Sequence record: NC_070985.1
DNA from: Escherichia phage O18-011
DNA: 64,000 nt
Strand: one strand, 5' to 3'
The notes beneath the pieces were generated by a model. That model was not told the DNA's origin. It did no database searches and saw only the letters and a list, made by a program, of their open reading frames with translations. Made by a program: the position numbers and the translations under genes. This document shows, in pieces, positions 57,557 to 64,000 of this stretch (the stretch's first letter is position 1; each line of letters starts with the position of its first letter).

Positions 57557-58355
57557 GCGCGCTTTCCTTATTGGCTCTGACCCTGAAATGTTCGTTCGTA
57601 CCAGCAATGGTATTATCACCTCTGTAGCTGGTTTGTTAGGTTGTTCTAAGGACGATAAGATCGCTCTGGCTAAGGATGTTCGTCTTCAAGAGGACAACGT
57701 ACTGGCTGAGTTTGATATTGACCCACAGAGCGGCTTTGAAGCGTTTAACGATAACATGCAACGTGGTATTGATCTCACCAACAATGTTCTGAACAAACTG
57801 GACATGGAAACAGCTCCGGGTATTAGCTCTCACATCTTCACCGAAGAAGAGATGAAGACTTTCAATGAATCAGCGTTCATCTTCGGATGTACTCCTGATT
57901 TCAACGCTTTCACTGGTCAGAAGAACCCATCCCCGACTTCTCAGAATAAGGGACTTCGTACTGCCGGTGGTCACGTACATCTTGGCGTAGTTGGTGCTTT
58001 GGATATCACTTTGCAAACTCAGATGATGCTGGGTGTGCTGTGTGACTACTTCCTGTCCCTCCCAGCAGTTATTATGGATAAAGATACTCGCCGTAAAGAA
58101 CTCTACGGTAAAGCGTCTGCAATCCGTTATAAAGACTATGGTATCGAATACCGTTCACTGTCTAACTTCTGGATTAGCGATCGTGAAAACCGTAAGTTTG
58201 TTTACGATCAGGTTGACAAAGTTGTTCAGCAGTGTGATATGTCCACTCTGATGGCATTGCACTCTCGCCTTCCGATTGAGAAGCTTCATGAAATCATTAA
58301 CGGCAACAACGTTAAAGAAGCGGACCAGCAGATCAAACTCCTTCAGGTAGCATAA
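57549..58355 (+). CDS. possible second carboxylate-amine ligase
   Basis: GSDPEMFV near N-terminus and GGHVHLGV later; tentative similarity to glutamine-synthetase-fold amidoligases, by eye. Confidence 0.35.
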   Translation: MTKRAFLIGSDPEMFVRTSNGIITSVAGLLGCSKDDKIALAKDVRLQEDNVLAEFDIDPQSGFEAFNDNMQRGIDLTNNVLNKLDMETAPGISSHIFTEEEMKTFNESAFIFGCTPDFNAFTGQKNPSPTSQNKGLRTAGGHVHLGVVGALDITLQTQMMLGVLCDYFLSLPAVIMDKDTRRKELYGKASAIRYKDYGIEYRSLSNFWISDRENRKFVYDQVDKVVQQCDMSTLMALHSRLPIEKLHEIINGNNVKEADQQIKLLQVA

Positions 58356-58364
58356 GAGGTTATC

Positions 58365-58982
58365 ATGAGCTTAGTAGCTGATTTTTCTCATTACTATAAT
58401 GGTACATGGATTGCTAAACGAGCAGGCAATATCAACCTTCCGTGTTTTGTGATTGGTGTTGAGCAGAGCGGTAACTTCCGCAGTGATGACTTCTCTCACG
58501 AAGCAGAACAGGCTCTGTATTTTGTTGTAGAGCAGTGGTACAAGAATGAGCAAGGGCACCTTCGAAACACTACGATGAATATTCCAGTGTTCGACCCAAC
58601 CTTGATTCTTGAATCGCCTGATGTTGGTTATCTGTTCCATAACGGTAACACTGTAAGCTGGACTCATATTAACCCTGTTCGTCAGAGAGCGAAGGGTTTG
58701 ATGGGTAACAAGATTCGAAATGCTCCGGGTGTTGGTCGTGCTATCTCCGGGGAGATGGTTTACAGCCTGTTCAATCCTGAATTCGATGGATTGGTTACTC
58801 GTTATATTTACATCAACCCTACGGATGGTAAGGTGCATTATAAAGGTGCACTGGTAGGACAAGTAGATCTGGAAGCGCCTCGTGACTCTTACGGTCAGCA
58901 ACCGATGCGACTTCTGGAACACTTTCATCACATTTCTGAAAACCTTAGCAATTACAATATTACGTTGGTGGATTCGTTATGA
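58365..58982 (+). CDS. hypothetical protein in amidoligase operon
   Basis: ORF track; ATGA overlap with next gene. Confidence 0.5.
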   Translation: MSLVADFSHYYNGTWIAKRAGNINLPCFVIGVEQSGNFRSDDFSHEAEQALYFVVEQWYKNEQGHLRNTTMNIPVFDPTLILESPDVGYLFHNGNTVSWTHINPVRQRAKGLMGNKIRNAPGVGRAISGEMVYSLFNPEFDGLVTRYIYINPTDGKVHYKGALVGQVDLEAPRDSYGQQPMRLLEHFHHISENLSNYNITLVDSL

Positions 58983-60082
58983 CAACTGTAGCGCAAACTT
59001 TTGGATATCGAGAAGGTCGTTTAACTGAGGCGCATAGTTCAATTGCACTTCAGTGCGGTGTCGGTATTGAACTTGAACTCGAAGGTTCCGATCATATCGA
59101 AGCAGATATGTGGGATTGTACAGAGGATGGTTCCCTGCGTAATGGTTGTGAAATGGTATGTTCACGGCCTTACAACGGACAGGAGTTGTTAGACGCTATC
59201 AACAACCTGAGTGAAGCAGTAGCTGAATCGCACGCCGAGGGGACTTGGCGTTGCTCTACTCACGTTCATATGGATATGAGGGATGCTGATAGTAATATCC
59301 TCAAGAAAACCATTCTCGCTTGGACCTTCTATGAAAAGATGTTGTTCAAGTGTTCAGGCTACCATCGTTACCGTAGCAACTTCTGCCCTGCTTTTGCAGT
59401 GGTACAAGCACAGGTAATGAATGCCTCTGACGCATTTAACTACGACGATGAAGAGTTCTTCAACCGTCTGGTTCGTTCATGGGATAAATATACATCTCTG
59501 AACCTTCTGCCACTTGCCCAATACGGTTCGATTGAATTCCGTATCAGTGAGCCTAAGTGGAAACGTGGTCAACTTCTCAATCTGGTTAACCGCTTCTTGA
59601 TGTTGAAGAAGCTGGCTTTAGATAACTCAGAGATGAGCAATGATCAGTTTATTGAGCATTTAAATACTGTACGATTTGCCCCAATGCTTCCTTACCTTCC
59701 TCTGGATTACAATCTGGACGAATCGGATTTGCATTCAGGGTATTGTATGGCCCGTGATGTTTTGTATTGTCGTTCTCATGGAGTAGAGCAGTCTGGTCGT
59801 ATTCGCTTACGTCGAACCAACTCCAACGGAGATGTTCTTGTTGACTTACGTTATATGTCAGACTTCTACGGATTCCTTGGGTATGTCCGAGGGAACGCTA
59901 ACAACTTGTACCAAGAGATTCTGGTTATGCTTCGTACAACTGACCTATCTACTGTACGATCTGCACCAGAGCAACGTATCCGTGCTATTTTTGACTTGCT
60001 ACGTGAGTCAGGCCACAGTGATAGCAATATCACAGGGTACATTCCAGATCATCTGGAAAATCAGTTAGAGCAAGCGCTGTAA
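58979..60082 (+). CDS. amidoligase (glutamine-synthetase-like carboxylate-amine ligase)
   Basis: GVGIELELEG ... EDGSLRNGCEMVCSRPY ... WRCSTHVHMDM matches the E.E / DGS..G.E..S.P / HVH pattern of this family as I recall it. Confidence 0.55.
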   Translation: MTTVAQTFGYREGRLTEAHSSIALQCGVGIELELEGSDHIEADMWDCTEDGSLRNGCEMVCSRPYNGQELLDAINNLSEAVAESHAEGTWRCSTHVHMDMRDADSNILKKTILAWTFYEKMLFKCSGYHRYRSNFCPAFAVVQAQVMNASDAFNYDDEEFFNRLVRSWDKYTSLNLLPLAQYGSIEFRISEPKWKRGQLLNLVNRFLMLKKLALDNSEMSNDQFIEHLNTVRFAPMLPYLPLDYNLDESDLHSGYCMARDVLYCRSHGVEQSGRIRLRRTNSNGDVLVDLRYMSDFYGFLGYVRGNANNLYQEILVMLRTTDLSTVRSAPEQRIRAIFDLLRESGHSDSNITGYIPDHLENQLEQAL

Positions 60083-60128
60083 TCGATGGGTGCCTCTGAT
60101 AAAGGGGCACAATTTAAAGGTTAATTAG

Positions 60129-60158
60129 ATGAAAGGGTTTACCCTTCAGGTGGATTAG
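60129..60158 (+). CDS. 9-codon leader mini-ORF (MKGFTLQVD) ending 3 nt before the amidotransferase Cys codon
   Basis: ATG with AAAGG 8 nt upstream; TAG at 60156-60158; same frame as downstream gene. Confidence 0.35.
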   Translation: MKGFTLQVD

Positions 60159-60161
60159 AAA

Positions 60162-62192
60162 ATTTGTGGCATCGTATTAGCTGGCGGTAATCTGTCAAGC
60201 ACTGATTTAGACGTATTTAACCAACTCTTTTATGCTGGAATGTTCCGAGGACAACATTCCTCCGGTATCTTCGGTCAGCGTAAAAGCACTAAGGAAGTCT
60301 TCACTTATAAAGAGGCACTTCCTTCTTTCGCATTCATCCTTCAAGATGAGTACAAGAAGCACACCACTGGTGAAACAGCTTACACTGTAGCGCCTTCATG
60401 GATTGTTGGTCACAGCCGTCATGCAACGAAAGGTGCAGTTAACGCCAAGAACGCCCATCCTTTCCAACATGGTAACATCACGCTGGTTCATAACGGAACC
60501 TTGATGGACCAAGACCTGTTACCTGACAGTAAAAACTTCGAGGTAGACAGTGAGAACATCTGCCACTCTATTAATACTATTGGTGCAGCAGAGACTATTC
60601 AAAAGCTGGATGGTGCTTTCACCTTAATCTGGCATGATGCTTCTGATAACCGCCTTCATATCATCCGTAACGAAGAGCGTCCTTTCCATCTCGCACGTTG
60701 TAACAGAGATTGGTTTGGTGCTTCTGAAGAAGATATGTTGATGTGGATTCTGAAGCGTTCTAAGTCTCACAAAAACCGAATTGATGAGCACTTTGAATGT
60801 AAAGTTGGTACAGAATATATCTTTGATATGTCAAACAACAGCATGACTCTAGTTGAAGAGGTCGCCCACGAGCTTCCGGTTTTTACGGTAATCAATCGTT
60901 GGGGCAATTACTACTCGAACAACTACAGCCAAAGCAGCTATCAAAGTTCCTCAAAAAGCAGTACAAGCAATCCTTACGACACGAAGCCGGGAGTGACAGC
61001 GGCAGACGTTCGTCGAAGAAACGCAGTGGTAAGTCAAAACAAAATCGCAAGCGATCGAAACATTGATATTCGCCGCGATATGACTGTGGAAATCACACCA
61101 CATGAGTTTATTCCTTATGCAACTGCTGGTGCTGTTCCTTCTCGTGGTAAGATGATTGGTTATATCTACGATGAGAAGTCTCAAGAGTATATCGAAGGTG
61201 ATGTTCATAACGTAGACATTAAGGCTTATCAGGATGCCCTGAAAGACCCTAAAATAGTTTACCGTGGGACAGTATCCTGCATCTCCGAAGTTAATGCTAT
61301 GGTTCGTTTAGTGATCACAGCAGGTCGTTTTGTTGACCCATCTCTGGAGAAAAAGGAGCCTGAGTCTACTACTGCTGACTTTGATGATGATATCCCTTTT
61401 GACATGAATGATAGTTTCGTCAATAAGAATGGCGTTACTATCACTCGTAAATTCTGGGAAGCACACTCTCATGGTGATTGCGGTGGTTGTGACAAACACA
61501 TTGACTGGAAGTATGCACCTAAAGCAGTCTTCGCATATCAATGCTACTGGCACCCTGAATGTCTGGAAGGTTTGACTAAACCTAAAGATGAAGAAGAGGA
61601 GGAAACTCCTATTGGTGTTTGTGAAATCTGTGGTGAAGTTAAAACAGAGAATGAGTTCGATGAAGAACTCAGTCGTCTTCGTGGTGAAGATATCTGTAAA
61701 GTCTGCGCTGTAGATGTAAAGAAGAAGGTATCTAATGCTACGATCAAAGATGGTTATGTCTGGATTAAAGCAACAGATACAACAAACGCCCGTCGTCCTA
61801 AATTTTCTTTACGGGTAACTGAAGATATGATCGGTCGTATGACTGTATTACCTTCCTCAGCGAAACAGACAGGCATCACTCTGGAGGATGTTGTTGATGC
61901 TTATGTTGAGAAACGTAGCAACAGTATTTTTGCAATCTCAACTAAGCCAAAAAAGGAGGAACCTGCTGAGAAAGCAGGTGTGTTTCCTGAATCACGAACA
62001 GCTCTCCGCAAAACTGTTGTCAGCTTCGACGGAAACCGAAGCACTGACTTCACCAAAGCAATGTGGTCAACCCTCGGATACTGCTCAGAGTGTTTTAAGC
62101 AGATTCCGTGGCGCGATGCTGAAAGTTGTACGCTTGGTTCTATGAATCAAGTTTATTGTAATTCTCCTAAATGTTCATTGAATAGAGGTTAA
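60162..62192 (+). CDS. class-II (Ntn-type) glutamine amidotransferase domain with Cys-rich C-terminal extension; probable ATT start
   Basis: Upstream of track ATG 60240 the frame encodes CGIVLAGG...LFYAGMFRGQHSSGIF, matching the PurF/GlmS N-terminus (Cys1, RGQ); then SRHATKG, NAHPF, HNG; C-terminal ~430 aa has several CxxC pairs. Confidence 0.55.
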   Translation: MCGIVLAGGNLSSTDLDVFNQLFYAGMFRGQHSSGIFGQRKSTKEVFTYKEALPSFAFILQDEYKKHTTGETAYTVAPSWIVGHSRHATKGAVNAKNAHPFQHGNITLVHNGTLMDQDLLPDSKNFEVDSENICHSINTIGAAETIQKLDGAFTLIWHDASDNRLHIIRNEERPFHLARCNRDWFGASEEDMLMWILKRSKSHKNRIDEHFECKVGTEYIFDMSNNSMTLVEEVAHELPVFTVINRWGNYYSNNYSQSSYQSSSKSSTSNPYDTKPGVTAADVRRRNAVVSQNKIASDRNIDIRRDMTVEITPHEFIPYATAGAVPSRGKMIGYIYDEKSQEYIEGDVHNVDIKAYQDALKDPKIVYRGTVSCISEVNAMVRLVITAGRFVDPSLEKKEPESTTADFDDDIPFDMNDSFVNKNGVTITRKFWEAHSHGDCGGCDKHIDWKYAPKAVFAYQCYWHPECLEGLTKPKDEEEEETPIGVCEICGEVKTENEFDEELSRLRGEDICKVCAVDVKKKVSNATIKDGYVWIKATDTTNARRPKFSLRVTEDMIGRMTVLPSSAKQTGITLEDVVDAYVEKRSNSIFAISTKPKKEEPAEKAGVFPESRTALRKTVVSFDGNRSTDFTKAMWSTLGYCSECFKQIPWRDAESCTLGSMNQVYCNSPKCSLNRG

Positions 62193-62196
62193 GTTT

Positions 62197-62430
62197 ATGG
62201 AAATCAGAAAAATGATGTTGGATAACGTTGTAACTACTCGACGTATCCCGATGACGAGCACAGGATGTGATAACCTTCGTGCAATCCAGAAGTGGATGCA
62301 AGCTGGTATTGGTCAAGTACTTGAAACACAGGTTGAGGTTCCTTTCCCAACGGTAATCAATAATGTACTTGCTGATTATGTAAAAATCAAAGGCATTAAG
62401 GTAGAACCTCATGTCAAATCTGGTTCCTAA
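62197..62430 (+). CDS. hypothetical small protein between amidotransferase and ATP-grasp
   Basis: ORF track; starts 4 nt after upstream stop. Confidence 0.45.
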   Translation: MEIRKMMLDNVVTTRRIPMTSTGCDNLRAIQKWMQAGIGQVLETQVEVPFPTVINNVLADYVKIKGIKVEPHVKSGS

Positions 62431-62635
62431 GAAACCAAAGATCACTCTCCTACAGTATTACATAGGAGTTCATATCGAATTAGTAACGGAGCAGCGAAAG
62501 CTGTATCCGTTCGCTTTCGGTCTGATTGATGCACCATCCGATGAAGTAGAGAACGATGCGTTCAATGACTACTTCGAAATTGAAGCTCAGATTCAAAAAA
62601 CTCGTAACGAAATTCTTAAACTTAAAGGTATCTAA
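62411..62635 (+). CDS. hypothetical small acidic protein
   Basis: ORF track; overlaps previous gene by 20 nt. Confidence 0.4.
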   Translation: MSNLVPKKPKITLLQYYIGVHIELVTEQRKLYPFAFGLIDAPSDEVENDAFNDYFEIEAQIQKTRNEILKLKGI

Positions 62636-62637
62636 CA

Positions 62638-63834
62638 ATGACTACTCGTATCCGTGTTCTTCCTTATGGCCCTTCTGATTCAGTTCGTGAACTTACTTCT
62701 GCAATTAACACTAAGATTCAGGAACTCCGCTTAAATGCTAACGTAATGTCTCTGGTATCAGAGGGTTCTCGTTATCGTTCTCGGGTTGGTGATATTGTTG
62801 TCAACTACGGAAACCGTCGATACAATGATGCTTTCTTCGGTGGTGCAACTGTGTTGAACTCTGTGATTGCCTTGAACCGAGCGGCTAATAAGGTTACAGC
62901 ATTTCAAACTTTGGAAGCTGCTGGGGTATCTACTGTAGAGTATACTGTAAGTCAGAGTGTGGCTTCAGATTGGAACCAGGATGATATCATTTATGAGCGT
63001 GGAATCCTAAATGGGCACTCCGGTGAAGGTATTACTGTTCGTCTTCCAGCGGAAGGTATTTCCCGTGCCCCACTGTATACGAAAGGTATTTCAGGCCCAC
63101 GTCGTGAATGGCGTGTTCATGTGTTTGAGGGTGTTATCACTTACGTTCAGAAGAAAATTCGTCGTAACGGTTATCGTGAACTGGAAAGCTATCGTGAAGA
63201 TATTCGTAACCATCATACTGGTTGGGTTTATTCTAACTCCTTCACTGAAGCCCCTCCTGATCAAGTTCTGATTCAAGCTCACAAAGCTGTATCCGCTCTG
63301 GGTTTGAACTTCGGTGCTGTTGACCTGATTAGCAAAGGTACTAACGCTTGGGTTCTGGAAGTCAATACAGCTCCGGGACTGACTGGAACAACTCTGGAAA
63401 CCTATACTCACAATATTGTTGAGTTTGTTAAGAGCTTCTCTGGTGTTGATCCTGACTACCGCGTTGCTTACGAACTGCCTGTTGAAGAAGTGGAAGAAGA
63501 ATTTGCTGAATCGGCAGATGACGAAAACTTTGCATTGGCAGCTGAGCCAGTTGCTGAAGAGTCTTCGGAACCTGTTCCTGAAACAATGCAAGTTGAAGAA
63601 CAAGGGTTAGAGATCAACCCGGTAACCCGTCGTAATCTGCGTCGTGGTTATTATATCGCTAACATCAAGCATCCTGAAAACGGCTCGACTGTAGCAAGTA
63701 ACGTAATTGTTTTCTTCTGTGGTCGTAACTTCTACCGCTCTGGATGGAACGCACCAATTAGCGATCGTCAGCTTGGTCGTGTGTTGCAGATTAATAGTAT
63801 TACCCTGAATGATGGTACTGTTGTAAACTACTAA
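62638..63834 (+). CDS. ATP-grasp ligase (RimK-like) with acidic linker and C-terminal extra domain
   Basis: KAVSALGLNFGAVDLISKGTNAWVLEVNTAPGL matches the ATP-grasp C-terminal motif; REWRVHVF upstream. Confidence 0.6.
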   Translation: MTTRIRVLPYGPSDSVRELTSAINTKIQELRLNANVMSLVSEGSRYRSRVGDIVVNYGNRRYNDAFFGGATVLNSVIALNRAANKVTAFQTLEAAGVSTVEYTVSQSVASDWNQDDIIYERGILNGHSGEGITVRLPAEGISRAPLYTKGISGPRREWRVHVFEGVITYVQKKIRRNGYRELESYREDIRNHHTGWVYSNSFTEAPPDQVLIQAHKAVSALGLNFGAVDLISKGTNAWVLEVNTAPGLTGTTLETYTHNIVEFVKSFSGVDPDYRVAYELPVEEVEEEFAESADDENFALAAEPVAEESSEPVPETMQVEEQGLEINPVTRRNLRRGYYIANIKHPENGSTVASNVIVFFCGRNFYRSGWNAPISDRQLGRVLQINSITLNDGTVVNY

Positions 63835-63840
63835 GGATAT

Positions 63841-64000
63841 ATGGATATGTTTTCATTGGAAGATCTAGTACAAAATGGAATGATGGAACAAAAAGAGCCT
63901 CTTATCGTAGGCTCTCGTAAAGAGTTGCGTAAATTGTGTGAGGAGTGGGGTATTACTAATCAGCGAATGATTGGTAATCAGTTCTCCGCAATTGTAACTT
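63841..64000 (+). CDS. hypothetical protein, 5' part (runs off window end)
   Basis: ATG 63841 after TAAGGA; open to window edge. Confidence 0.4.
   Translation, partial: MDMFSLEDLVQNGMMEQKEPLIVGSRKELRKLCEEWGITNQRMIGNQFSAIVT

Noticed and set aside
60240-62192. Track-annotated ATG at 60240 as the amidotransferase start
   Set aside because: The conserved N-terminal Cys and PurF-like RGQ segment lie upstream in the same frame, so starting at 60240 would remove the catalytic nucleophile.
63091-63603. 170 aa - strand ORF inside the ATP-grasp gene
   Set aside because: Antisense to a motif-supported + strand gene within a tightly packed + strand operon.

Overview
This window looks like most of a lytic tailed-phage genome of an enterobacterial host, read only from the sequence and the ORF track. 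It has three blocks. (1) 1-10823, + strand: replication/nucleotide-metabolism genes (PhoH-like fragment, T7-like family-A DNA polymerase domain, SSB-like protein, 5'-3' exonuclease, ECF-type sigma factor, HNH endonuclease, many small ORFs, and an overlapped spanin-like pair). (2) 10850-41365, - strand: one long virion/packaging block (large terminase, ~1470 aa coiled-coil virion protein, lytic transglycosylase, Ig-domain tail protein, GH24 lysozyme, tail spike with C-terminal chaperone domain, tail fibre, capsid with an apparent -1 frameshift Ig extension, scaffold, portal, small-terminase-like protein). (3) 41366-45222: a largely non-coding junction with short repeats, a small accessory island, then four sigma70-like promoters each followed by an rrn/lambda-type boxA; 45223-64000, + strand: early genes including a tRNA-Arg(UCU), a second HNH endonuclease, a seven-member family of small paralogous proteins, a lipoprotein, and a compact amidoligase / class-II glutamine amidotransferase / ATP-grasp cluster. 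The best candidate for an undescribed system is that cluster (55375-63834), whose amidotransferase appears to start at a non-AUG codon directly after an in-frame mini-ORF. From memory, the combination of a phage ECF sigma factor with these amidoligases resembles phiEco32-like podophages, but I cannot verify that without a search. No integrase, transposase or CRISPR array was seen. All motif matches and all comparisons to T7, lambda and E. coli proteins are by eye and from memory; coordinates of hairpins and promoters are hand-counted.
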